Shown: one piece after another, positions 26,119 to 39,215 of the stretch
How positions within the stretch are numbered: position 1 is the first letter of the stretch
How the letters are laid out: every line of letters starts with the position of its first letter
Assembly: GCA_030141605.1 (NCBI GenBank)
Contig: JAQGDQ010000155.1
Coordinates: 1-64,000 of the forward strand
From: Tubiluchus corallicola
Lineage: Eukaryota > Animalia > Priapulida
Length of the DNA stretch: 64,000 bases
Reading direction: 5' to 3'
Program-made: the position numbers and the translations under genes
The notes under the pieces: model-generated
What the model was told of the DNA's origin: nothing
The model's input: only the letters and a program-made list of their open reading frames with translations
The model's database searches: none

Positions 26119-26390
26119 TGCAGAATTCTCGCTAAATAAACTAGTTTTATTTGATGGCGTGTTTTCTGGTTTTCTCTACGAGCCTTCCAAGAGAAACAAA
26201 ACACAAGAGTAACAGCGCATGATTCCATGCATTCTGTCAGCAAAATTGGAAACGGAGTTATTCTACAAAATTCGTTTTCGGTGTTATATGAAACCAAACA
26301 TTTCCTGTGTATCCGGAAAAAATACATTGACTGTTCAATGTTTTTGATAGCGATATATCTGTGGTCAGTTTGATAATACAAACATGATGG
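26119..26390 (-). pseudogene. Degenerate nuclear receptor unit B: DNA-binding domain
   Basis: C...IEQSMYFFR...FCRITP, then after a frameshift RFQFC*QNA...VSLGRLVEKTRK. This resembles CE.CK.FFRR / CQ.CR / V.(F/L)GR. That frame continues into the hinge once 23406-26118 is removed. Confidence 0.55.
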
Positions 26391-29300
26391 CTTATTTGCT
26401 GGTCAACTTTCGCGAAGAGGGATTGAAATGGCGTTACACGGTGTAAATCAACGGCAGCTATAATAACAAATCAATCTGTACAGGAAGGGTGTATATAGCT
26501 TCACATAGTAGATATGCAGACCACTGTGGCCTAAGCTACCTATTTCACAATTGTATGGTAAGTTAATCACATTTGATTGTATAAATTAGGCCTATATAAT
26601 TGCAGGTTTTTTTGAAAATTAAATTGCACAAAATTACGTCACTTTAGAAGTGTATGAGACAGGGTCGTCTGTGTGATAACTCATTTTTGTTGCAATCAAA
26701 GGTTCACAAATTCGCATCCTACGTTTGCTGTTCAGGTTAATTTTGTGCTGTTCTTGAAAGGTTCTTTTGACTTACTCATTGGCGTTGCATTTCGACACAA
26801 TAAAAGCTCGAAATGATAGAAAGACTCACAACGTTACATTTTTAAATCAAAGTCATGCACAAGGATTTCTTTATACAAATAGTCTTTAAAAGACTTGTGG
26901 CTACTCGGTGTGAAGAAAAAGGAGACTTGTGAAAGTTCGAGTATTCAAGAAAAATTGGCTTCTTAAAACTATATGTATATCAGGCATCTGCTTATCAAGG
27001 TATCTGTTGATATTTTTCCTGAAGCGAATGAGGTTGGAGGGAAACAATTTTATGGTACATGAATACCACAAATGAGATGCACAAGGTAAAACTGAATTTA
27101 CAAGTAGTAAAGCGACCTAACAATTGAAGCCAAATCTTGGAAATTTTATTTATTTCAATGAAACGATGAAATCATCTCAATGAAATCATCTTCCATTAAC
27201 AAAGGATAAAAAACAGGGCCCTTAATGAGCAGCTTCACTGCAATGTAAGAATTGTGATAGGCATGCTGGGTATATCTTTTTAGCTAGACCCTATTTCTAA
27301 CACACGTATGTGCATTTTTGCAGCCTATGGCTATTTTTATGCGAGGCCTCTTACAGAAGACAGAAGTCATGTGTAAGTAAAACAGTGAGAAAGTTGTGAC
27401 TAGGTCCAAAAAGCAGTAATTCCCATCATGTATAGAAGAAATAGACAAGTAGTTTTTATAATTACACTATTAGTTTGGCTGGAGCTAGCATATAAATGTA
27501 GGTCGTTATTACATTTACCCAAGTTTATAACAGTTTGCAACTGAATAACAAGTAAGAAATCAAATGACTATGTGCGAAATTACTCTGTTTCATCTCGGTA
27601 AGTATGTACACTTCATACAGGCCTGTAAGGACCTGTGAATGATGCAAAACAATGCCAAGTTTTGTTCACAATTCAGTCACCTGCAAGTGTTAATAAGCGT
27701 TTTGCAGTGTTTACAATATCTAAAATATCGTTTTGCCGCATAGAAAAGCTTTTGAGTGAGTTATATAATTATTGTGAACCCCAGCTTTAAATACGCCCGA
27801 CTGGTGTGCGTGTTTAAGGCCATTTGAACTGAATATTTCGTGGTGCTGCCATCTGGCAACGAAAATAATACGAAAGCAATTTACTCTTCCTTTAAAATCT
27901 TGTGTGCATTAAGGTTTATTGAGTTTTGCATAGTATAAAATTTTTGCATAATGAGCTGTCAGCTTGCCATGACCAAAATATTTTATTTTCGAAAGCTTTT
28001 AGTTCGCCGGTAAATGACAGCTGAAAAATTCCCGTGTCCTGTTCTTTTTCTTCTACTGCGGTCAAGCTTTCTATTTCGGCGTCTCTTGGTCGCAGTACGT
28101 AGTTCGCGGAAAAACTGCGTTTGCAATTTGGAATACCACACCTGCAAAGAGCTCGCATGTTGCTGTGTCGTGTTACTACAGAAAAACAGAAAAAACCGTT
28201 TTATGTCGCTTCACCTGCGAATATTTTTAATTTGAAAGCGGTAAAACAACATTATAATCAAAGTATCTGAACATTAGACGCTGGTATGCGACCATTTCGT
28301 ATAGTTTATCATATAAGCGTAGTAGCATTAGATATTGTGTAGGGTATTAATGCTTATCTAGATGCAGCTGGCGTACATTCTTAGTACGTGACCCAACAAA
28401 CTAAAGCGTAAGGTACATGGGACGTTTGCGCTTGCTAGACACCCATTTGTGCTGCCTCGCTGCGTGCCGTGTTGTTGTATACCAATACCGCTTTATTGTA
28501 GATTGCGCTGCAATACACAGCGAGAGGGTACAACTTAGGCGTATATTGTGCCTGGGTTTTACTATATGGGGATGTCGAGGATTGCGAGAAAATACCATGT
28601 AGTACACATAAACTTCATCATTCAAGAATTTTTAGATAATATTTCCAAGTCAGACTTGAATGTTTTAACCTATTAAATTTTAATTATTTCCAAGTTGGAC
28701 GTGGGTGACAAAGCCTATTTCCAAGTCCTACTTGAGTGTTAAATGTACATAAACTTTGTTATAATATACTAATATCGAAAAACATTTATACTACATTGTA
28801 CCTCATAAATCTACTTTGGTATGAAGCTAAATGAAATATTAAGCGGCTGGATTTATAAACCAAAGGGACCTATCAAGCAGCATTGTGTATGTTAATGCAG
28901 TGCGTAGTGTATATTTATGAAGCCAATACACTTAGCACTCAGTAATCTGCTTGTGAAAAGTAGAGTGCAATAATTTATTAACGTTCGTACGTATTTATAA
29001 TGCCATTACCTATCATATGTGATAAGCTACTTGCCACATTAAAATAATATAGGAAACTTTAATATCAGCGATGATTCAACATAAATTTATTTGAGTCATT
29101 AACGATTCATCAGTTAGAGTTGGCGTTTAGTTTAATCTGATTACGCATGCAAAACAAGTATGCAATTGCAGACCATTGTACAGCATGTAGATAAGTTTAA
29201 TTGAGAAACCTGATCAATGCGGTCTGTTTTAGAGGGAAAGTTTTGTCGAAGGTGCAATTGAATGTCTTGCTTAGCTTCTGGGAAATATCACATTTCTGAA

Positions 29301-30792
29301 GTCACCGTTATACAGTCCTCAGTGCAGTGTTTCTAGTGCAGCGTATTTCAGCAGCTAATATAGTAATTCGTCATTATCAGGGCTGTCAAGCAAAGTTGCA
29401 AAAAATGCTTAGAACAAAAATGCTGATCTAACTCAAGTGAAAATCCAGGACACTTGTGTAGCCTTTGTCACAATTTTGTGTCTTCACAGAGTGCAATCGG
29501 ATTTATAAAGTGAAGTTTGAATTTAATAAACAGCAGATTTTACTAGGTTAAAATATCATACTTTCCGTTTCAGTAATAGTCGCCACAATAAGCAGCCGGA
29601 TTTATTATCCATAATAAAGATGAGTAAAGCAGATGTTTTGACAAGTACTTAAATGGAAATGAAATTAGTTTCGCAATTATTGGTCATAAATTTGTCGACA
29701 GTAGATAACCAACAATTGAATACACTCAGTGAAACAGGTGACACACACTAAAGTAAGGTTAAAATGTTTAGGTAATAGCTATTTCAAAATTAAACTATAT
29801 CGCGCTTATCGATCTCCATGATCATGCTTGTAAATTTCGCATGAATCATTTGTTGCAACCAACTGCACTGACTTAAGATTTCCCATGTCGCTAGAAATAG
29901 GGCTGCAACGATACACCTAAGTTGCGATGTGATACATACCACAATATACATTGAGTTAACGTTTGCACCCTTTAATAAAAAAACTAGATGAAGCAGTTGA
30001 TATATTACATATATTAGGTGTATTAAACAATTTTAAGATTGCTATGTGCTAAGATAATTCAGCAAACTGGTTGATTTCTGTTTATACTTTTGTATTGTTT
30101 ACATTGTAAGCCACCAGACTGAAATGCAAAACATTTCAATGCTTTCGCTTTAAAATATGCTGGTGCATTTTTCAGTCCACATTTGCTGCAACCTATATCA
30201 GAAACTATTATAGGGACATTACACTTTCAACCACTTCCCTTTGGCTGCTAACAGCAGGTCTTCCAGTGTCAAGTCTGCTAATGCTGCGCTTAGTACACTC
30301 ACTGCACTGATTGTTACGTATCTATAGTACATTCCATGGATGTAGCTTTAATTATTTCACATTGTTTTTATCAGTGGACAATCAAGCATCTGCTAAATAT
30401 TGGCGTTTCAGATTATCTTGATCTTGGTGCACTTTGATGATACGCGTATGCATAACTGTTGCACGCCTAGCTAAAAAAACGCATTTAGTGCAAACCGAGT
30501 GACATTCAGCAATAAATGTAAGATGGGTGAAACGAAAATGTAACTTTCTGCTGAAAGGCAAAATTAAAAAGGACTCAAAGTTACTGGAAATGCTTCTCAA
30601 TGATTTCTACTTGGGCAGCCATGGAAAGCAATTTTTTTTTACATGACTTGTTTCTTTTTCAGATTAAATCTTGCAGCTTGTTGAGGCAGCCGCATTTGAG
30701 CTATACAGCTGTAAGAATCGCAGACAGAACATCAATTTCACTGCTTGTACGTACTTTTCTGGCCAGTCTACGAGTATCACCTAGGAGAGAAG

Positions 30793-31440
30793 ATGGCAGC
30801 GGGACCATACAATTATTCTTATATATTCAAATACATCATAATAGGTGATATGGGCGTTGGTAAGTCTTGTCTACTTCACCAATTTACAGAAAAGAAATTC
30901 ATGGCAGACTGTCCTCACACGATTGGCGTAGAATTTGGCACTCGAGTCATAGAGGTTTCTGGCCAAAAGATCAAGTTGCAGATTTGGGACACCGCCGGAC
31001 AGGAGAGATTTCGTGCTGTGACTCGGAGCTACTACCGGGGGGCAGCAGGAGCTCTGATGGTGTATGATATCACCAGACGCAGCACGTATAATCACTTGTC
31101 CAGCTGGTTGACAGATGCCAGAAACTTAACTAACCCGAACACGGTGATCTTTCTGATTGGCAACAAGTCGGATTTGGAGGCACAGCGGGACGTGACATAC
31201 GACGAAGCCAAGCAATTTGCGGAGGAGAACGGACTGCTCTTCATCGAAGCCAGCGCGAAAACGGGTGAAAATGTGGAAGAAGCTTTTCTGGAAACGGCGA
31301 GAAAAATTTTTCAGAACATCCAAGATGGCAGTCTGACTATAAATGAAGCCGAATCCGGAGTACAGCACAAGCCTCCGAACGCGAGAGGTACCGCGCTAAG
31401 TAATGACCAGGCACCTAGGAGGGAAGGCTGCAGTTGCTAG
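30793..31440 (+). CDS. RAB14: Ras-related GTPase Rab14 (215 aa, single coding exon)
   Basis: [49 protein letters not shown]; WDTAGQERF; NKSD; ASAK; C-terminal CSC prenylation motif. A 5'UTR splice acceptor lies at 30661-30662. Confidence 0.97.
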   Translation: MAAGPYNYSYIFKYIIIGDMGVGKSCLLHQFTEKKFMADCPHTIGVEFGTRVIEVSGQKIKLQIWDTAGQERFRAVTRSYYRGAAGALMVYDITRRSTYNHLSSWLTDARNLTNPNTVIFLIGNKSDLEAQRDVTYDEAKQFAEENGLLFIEASAKTGENVEEAFLETARKIFQNIQDGSLTINEAESGVQHKPPNARGTALSNDQAPRREGCSC

Positions 31441-34400
31441 CCGCGTGAATCCATTCCGTTCCATTGAAGTTTATTATCTATTGAATATGAAATCTGGACT
31501 GCTGTAGTTAATGTAAGCAAATGTAAATGTGTTGATTCAAGATAGTTAAAGCTTTGTTTGACAAAAAGCACTGTGATAGAAAATATGTCACATGAGTGCT
31601 GTTCGCACACGTAAAACGGAAACAAAAAAATTAAGTTAACTGTGTTCTGAAGCTGCAATATGAATTTTAACTTTGCCTCACCTAGAAATCTTTTAGTGAT
31701 GCACTTTGGTATATTTATTCGGTATAATTTATGATAATTCTTTAAAACGGTAACATAGTTTTTTCTTGTTTTCACATGGGATAGACACATTTGGTTGTGA
31801 GTTGCAATTTAGTTATTTTTAGCTTGCATACAAACCACTTAAAAAAACTTATGTGCTCCACTAATGATTCATTTCTTACTGACGTCGTTTTCAGTGACTG
31901 AAATTGTTTCGAATGAATTCATATCTGTTGCTCATTTTAGAAGCCTCCGTTTGTCGATTAGCTATCACTCTATCGATCGCTTTGTTGCTTTGTTTTATTA
32001 TTGGGACTCTAATGTTTTAAGGAATTCTCTTTGTTACAACTTAGTCGCTGATAAAAATTTATAGGCTACAGTAATCCTGCTTGTTTTAGTGCTGGTGTGT
32101 TACACAGTGCACTTTTACCTGTTTTTGCATTGTACGTTTTGCTGCAAAGTGCATTTGCACGTTTTTCTGGTTATGTTGTTTCACACTGACATAACCACCT
32201 CTAAAACTCGCCTATTGCTCTGCTGTGCACTTTTGTTTCAACTAATCTGGAATGTGAAACATTGGGATACACTGCCCCAACTGCTCGGATATGTTATTTA
32301 GAACACCATTTCTTGTTGTCATAGAGTTCGTTTTTGCGTGTATATGTCATTTTGAGTGCTGTTTATCGTTGTTCTGGAATCCATTTTATGATAACGATTC
32401 AGACTACATAGTATTCTGTTGCGACATCCAAGGGTGTAGTTGATTAATCAAAGTGAAGCGTGTTCCACTTGACAAAAAAGGTTGTGAGAAAGTACACCAA
32501 TGTTGTTGTCACAATGTAAAAACTGATTAGAAATGTAAAAACTGACTTATTACATGAACAACGAACACGAGAATGGCATCACTGCGAAATAGGCGGTTTT
32601 ATAGAGTTACAAAAACAAATTACATCCTTTATAAAAACAAAGAACTTTTAACTTTCTAGAAGTGTGTTCTAGACAAAGACAAAGTTTTTTGTGTTCAGAC
32701 AAAGTTTTCAGGTGGTTGGAATTCTCTGACGATTCACATAAAAAATTTTTAGTTGTATAATGTTTTGATTCTGTCAGAGATTTGCTTGTCTGTATAGATG
32801 TAACTGAATTTGGAACATTTGTTTACAGTCTCTAGGCTTGATTTTGTGCATCAATGCTTAATAAATAGTTAAAAATTTCATGACAAGATTCAAGTTCACG
32901 TTTGTACAAATTTAACAGCGACAATGAAATTGTAGCCACCGACTAAAGTAAAGTAAAGAAACGGCTGAAAAAATAAAAATAGGCTATCATAATCATAGTT
33001 TTTTAAAGGTTGAGTTCACTTTGAGTAAAGTTCTTTTTATGAAGTATATAATGGTAGACCTATATAAGTATAATATGTAAATACTAAATTATATTGTATT
33101 TAGCCATTGGTGACCTATCGTTGTTATCATTAAACTAATCAGAAAAGTTTTAATGCCTTGTGACACAGCCTATAAACCAAGAAAATGGTTTATATGTCTA
33201 GTGATCCAGAATAAATTTACTTTGCCTGTAATTTCCGTCACGTAGCCATGAACAAGGAATTTCTATCACATTGAAATGTTTCTGTGCTATTTGTAGAACA
33301 TGACAAAGCACCAGCGTCCTTTTGTATGATTAGATAGCTTAATACGGTCTACTGCAAAGCCTGATTCAATTATTATGTATTATCCCGGTAGTGGAAAAAT
33401 TGTCCTATATTTCACAAATGTAATACGTCTTGTGTCGGACCTCGTATCTCTGATTATCTCATACGTGTGGGAAATAATAGTAGTTGAGCGGTCACAAAGT
33501 CAAACAGCATTAAATCTGTTTAATAAGTGGATGCATGACTACCTGGAAAAATGGCTTTTGTTCGACTACAGCTTGGTCTCTTTCTTTCTTTGGTATCCCC
33601 CATTTCCAACAGTTTTGCCATTAAGAATTGGTTTTTGTCTTTATACGGATACAGTCAAATCTCTGCATGCCGCCTACTTTACAAAAAGTTGGTGTTAAGC
33701 AAATTTGGCATTATGTTTATCAAAAGTTTGGACATTAAGCGAGGTTGATGTTATAAATGGGGGTGGCATTATAATGAGGTTTGACTGCAAAAAATGTCAA
33801 GCTGGTTAGTTTTGAGTTCTGATTATCAGTATAAATTAAAGCTGTCAGTAACTGATTTTTTTTACTACCTGATGGAGACACCAGCAATCTTTCCCACTTA
33901 ACAGTCTTATTTCATCGCAGTTATTGTTTATTTTATTTATACGGACATCATCTATACTAGATATAGTGACAGTTATTAATAATTCACTTATCTATTAAAC
34001 GCTATTTGTTATTTTTAGTGTGGTCGGCTATAATTTATATGACTTCCATATGTGCGTTATAATCCTATTCTCCTATTCACGCATATACATGTATGTATAT
34101 CTTACTGTTAAATGCATTATACTTTGCAAATTGTATAATTTTGACAATACATTATAATTTTGTTGCACTGTTTTAATAATTGACAAAACTGGCATTGGAT
34201 GGTATCATCAATGATAAAATGCATGATACATGTAACAATGATTATCCTAATTATTAATTAATTTCAGATATTCTAATATATGCTTGATTGTTGTGTGTAA
34301 CTCTGGGTTATTATAACACTAAATAGATACCTACTTTAATGTAATTATAATTCATGAAATAAACTTATTTAAACTATTCTTATGTTCGATGATTAGCTAT

Positions 34401-35952
34401 ACACTATGTGGGGTGTGAAAAATGGTAAAATTGATATAAAACTTTTGACGCAAAATATAATATTTTTGCAATAGTAATTAGAATGTAATGTATGAACATC
34501 ATCTACAAATATGGTAAAAATTTCCATGGTAAAGAATAACATAAAAAACGCATATTAAAGCTTCCTAATTAATAATCATTCCAATTATCACTGTTTTTGT
34601 GTAATTTTATGATAGCCAAAAATAGGAGTGTACGGTTGCTCAATGCGTGCTAAATAATGCAAATATAAAATGACCTTGCAATTGAAATTGCTTTAAATAT
34701 GCGGCCTTCCTAGTTCCTCTAGTGTTGACTATTTGCTCTCACTTTGTTGATAAAATAATGTTAATTTTACCTAATTAACCAAATGATCTAAGGCTTGATT
34801 ATTAGAACTGTGTAGCAGTTGTACCGAGATTTACAGCAGACTAGTTCGAAATTTGCTTACATCTTAGAGGCGATCCTTGTATATTTCTGTAACATTTTAC
34901 CAGTATAATGTTTTTTTAGTACGAACATCATGCTCACGGTATTAATTACGTTTCAGAGAGAAGGATAGTCCAAGTTATTTTAGTTTTGCCTATGTAGCAT
35001 ATTGTATGTCATGAATGTGACAACCATTCAGTGTAACAGGTCGGTCTACAAGACAACTAAAACTACTCTCGAGTCAACGAACACAAACATAGAAACGGTC
35101 ACTTCGCTAATTTCTGTAATAAGGCAGGCAAGCAATATCAAAAAAAAATTAAATTAAAACTATCCATCAAGTTTTTAAATTAAAAAATCGAGGGCTTCAC
35201 TTGCAATTTATTGGGTAATAGTATAATGTTTTGTTACATATTGCAGCAAGACATTCTGTATAATAATTATTTTAGCAATATGAAAGGGTAATAGGGTGCT
35301 ATTTTATTTTGTCATGACTTTCACATTAAATTTTGTTATTTACATAACAACCATTTGAAAAAGGCTGTAGAACAATTAAAACATATTGTTTGTATAATAA
35401 TAAAATTTAATGTGCTTTAATGGAAACTTGGTTTAGTATATTGACACGCTATTTATTTTTTACAACCTTTACAGATTACTTGTTCACACTGTTCTTGTTG
35501 TGGTTCGGATATTTCGGTGTGAGCTGGTGTCAGTTACTCGTTTACTGTTCTTCGGTGACCAGTTTTCTTTCGGCTTGGTTAATCGGCAGTTTCACCATTA
35601 AACAGTTCATTGCAGTGAACTAATCCAATAACTTTTATTTTTTTATTTATTTCTAAACAACTTATAATTTTAATCACAAGAAAGAGTAAGTATGTAATAA
35701 TAGTAATAACTGTAGTGCTTATAGCAGCCTCAGTAATGTGATATGTATTAATAACAGTCATTCACAGAATTATGTAATATACTGAAAAAAAGATTTTAGT
35801 CAATAATGACGCAAATAAAACGCGTCGTCCTAGAATACGTAAATGCAGCTCTCGTTGCCGTTGCGGATGCTCTTCAAATGTGTCAGGAAGAAAGGCGCAC
35901 CCATAGATGGCGCACCTGTCGCGGGGAATAAACCCAAAATGGAGCATACTGG

Positions 35953-37416
35953 CAAAGTGTATAAAGAGGAAAGACGAAATCACCTATTGTTACGTATTTC
36001 CTTTTTGCGATTAGCGGCTATGCTGGCGGCATCAAACGGCCATTCAGTAAAAAATCTGGAGCGCCGCATTGACTGTAATAATAATATTATTAAGTTCACC
36101 AGTAGTGTTGGCATACGTGCAATTTTGATAAGCCAAAATCACTTGCGTTTTTAATAAAAGAAGTATATCTCAATTAAAAGCAATTATTAGTTTAAAAAAA
36201 CTGAAAACATTTCATGAAAAGGAAAAAAATTGTAGCAATAAGTTTGTATTATGTACTTGCAAATGCCTGTTCAGTTTTCTTGTAAGTAAAATTTTATTGT
36301 TTTTATTTATTGAACTGTATTTAATGAACATTTATTTTGATGTAAGCCTAACTGAATCTTAAAAAATTAGGCCAAATATAAGTAATGTCTGCACATGATA
36401 TTATAAGGTATTATGACACGCGTGCAGATTCTAATTTATGCTTCTCGCCTGAATTCTTTAACTAGGTTTTGACATAGTTAGTTGATTGTTATAGAGGTGG
36501 AAGTTATGTCGGCTGCTTAGGATGACAGCTCTGATGTTTCCTTCAGTTATTTTTTGTTCACTGATAATAAAAAAGAGGAGTAATGTCGTAAATGCATCTC
36601 TGCTTGTTCAACGTAATTTTATAACTAACTCCAACTCATAACAAAGGCCAATGTATGATTATATGCTTTTTAAACATTTTTTAACTTGGAATTAACAAAA
36701 CATGCAGATGCTTAGATTAAGTTATGTTCTGGAAAATTATTTGCTCTTCTGAAAAAATCGATTTTTTTTCTATGAAAGGTATTACGCATGAAAGTCAGGC
36801 CTAATATTTCTTCAAGTTATATTTCCTGATAAGAACATATGAAATAGAAATGTTTTTTAGAAAAAATATTTCTCCAGAAATCGAATACTACATGAGCCAG
36901 GTATTCTTTCTTTTGATCAACTTTCTTTACTTCTTTTGTAAATAAGCCTATTAATTTTTATGAGATATGATTATAATAATTTTTATTTTAACTACAAATT
37001 ATTCTTAATGCCTTATGCTTGCTTTAAATAATATTCAAAAAGATAACAGCTGCTATTAATCACCAAGGAGAGATGTAGGCCTTGCAGTCTTTGCTTAGCG
37101 TACAAAATATTTAACTAGTAACAAAAGTTTCAAAACTGTGTTATAATTAACATTTTATTATAATTACCTGGCTGCATCCTTGCGAAATTTAAAAAGATAT
37201 CTTTTTGTGTTTTTGCAACTCACTGCTGAGCAATTTATGAGCGCCTGTTAACCGGGCTGGTTTTGATGGTCTCATCAATTCATCTGCTACAGTACCCACA
37301 GCCTGCGCTGTTGCGTACCTGACAACAACAGGCCGTACTGAATAGCCGCTAGGGCGACACTAACTGCGCGAACTACTGCGCAGAATGACTTTCCCTACTT
37401 TATTGTGTATACTTTG
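35953..37416 (-). mobile_element. Non-autonomous P-element-like (THAP) DNA transposon, copy 2
   Basis: 7-bp TSD atactgg (35946-35952 / 37417-37423). Termini caaagtgtata...tatactttg. THAP remnant CSAVSCKN..LFKFRKDAAR|GT near 37168-37245. Confidence 0.88.
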
Positions 37417-38418
37417 ATACTGGCATCTGCAATCTACGAAGGTTGTTGCTACTGCTGACAAAATATATCAAAAAGTTTAATGATCGAAAGTGTTAAACTG
37501 TGTAATTTTTTTAAATAGATAGAAATTCAATCGTTGCGTAAATATAGTGTTTTGCTGTTGCTTAATTACCGTTCATATATAGGGTGACTTTTATAAATTA
37601 ATCTGTTTACTAGCATTTTTTGCAAATATATTAATATTTAATAATGCAAATTGTAGTGTTACATCCCAAAAATGATAATGAATTCTATAAATTTAATTTT
37701 TTCGGTTCACAAAAAATTTGATCCAATAAATTAATAGAATAAAGTTTATTTTCCTCTTATCATTTTAAGTTTTACAGTTCCTGATTCCAAAATGACTCCA
37801 TCTATTCAGGTGCTTTAACCATCTTCTCTTTGGTAACTCCAACGATTAATCGGATTATATTATTACTATTAAACATTTCAATTCATATCCAATTCAATTT
37901 ATTTGTTTATTTTCAAAAGCCGGAAAACTGTATTTCAAATTCATGTGGCTCAATTCTCAACTTGTTTTTATATTAAAATGAAAACTTGATGAAATGCTGA
38001 AAATTGATGAAAAGTATTTTGTCAGGACCTGCTAATGGTTCATGTCACTGTACTCTTATGTTAAGAAAAATCTAATGTTCAAACTGCTAGTGATTTACTA
38101 ATATTATGGTGAGACCATGAAATGAGACTGACAAAGGATTATAATAGAGCTCAGCTGTAGCAACCATTGCTGTGATACTTAGCATGTTAGCATATGTAGT
38201 ATTGTGAGATTGTCGAGATTTGTTTTTATTTTTAATTTAATGCAGTAGACTGAATGTTTTATGCATTAGAACATGGAAACCAGTGACCAACAATTAATAA
38301 ATGATTAATAATGATGGAAACTCACCAATGTGGTTCTGGTCTTCAAAACACACTCCAAGTTTTTTTCTTGTGAGACCTTTCACTGACCATAGACAAAATT
38401 GACAAAACAAAAACAGTG

Positions 38419-38660
38419 AAATACGAGTGTAGACATTGTCATGCATCCTACAAGTATTTATCAGATTGGCGTCTCCACTTGAAAAAGTACAGCGACAAGT
38501 TGTTCACATGCCACCATTGCCAAGCCGCATTTGTAAGCTTGAAATTGTTAAAGGAGCATGTCTTGTTACATTCTGATGAAAGTGTAAGTTCTGTGAGGCA
38601 GCCTTTAGATGGCCGGGAAGTTTGAGAGGACATTTGAAAACACACACGAAGGAAAATGTT
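38419..38660 (+). pseudogene. Partial dead copy of fingers 5-7 of the downstream C2H2 gene
   Basis: Colinear DNA similarity to about 43479-43730, with a frameshifting deletion after ctgatgaa. Confidence 0.9.
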
Positions 38661-39215
38661 TACTTACTGATTTAAGTACAATAAACAAAATAGCAATTAG
38701 CAAATATTAAAACTACTATCTGGTTAGAATAAAAAGGGGAGCTGGCTACTGTTTGGTATGTCAGTCGGAAACACAATTTTCACATAAGCAAAACTTCTCC
38801 ACTTTAACGTAACTGTCAATTCCAATTGTCAGGGATAGATGGGTTGTCATCTCGGTTGTATTTTCCTGGTACTGTAAGTGTCCTGGTACTATAAGTGTAT
38901 TTAACCTGGAATTTTAATTAGTAGAAAAATTCTCATAGCAAGTTTATTTGAGTCCCTCACTTATCGCGGGTTTTCCGTTCCAGGCCCACCTGCGATAAGT
39001 GAATTTCCACGAAGTAGGGACGCTATACTTATTTTAGTAGTTATACCATATTTTAAGTCTTTATAAACCCTCCCCACACTCTTATACATAACCCTTTCCC
39101 ATTCCCTTAATAAATTTTCCCATACTGTACATGTACCTTTTAAAAAACTTTACTTCAATCTTCATAAAGTAGCATTCTCTGGTTGGTCGCTTTCTATCAA
39201 TAAACCAATCGTGTA

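Noticed and set aside
30745-30792. N-terminal extension of Rab14
   Set aside because: It uses a TTG start. The conserved protein begins at the ATG at 30793.
33868-33930. Penelope-type hammerhead remnant
   Set aside because: The core reads CTGATGG and has no GAAA partner, so it is too degenerate to support.
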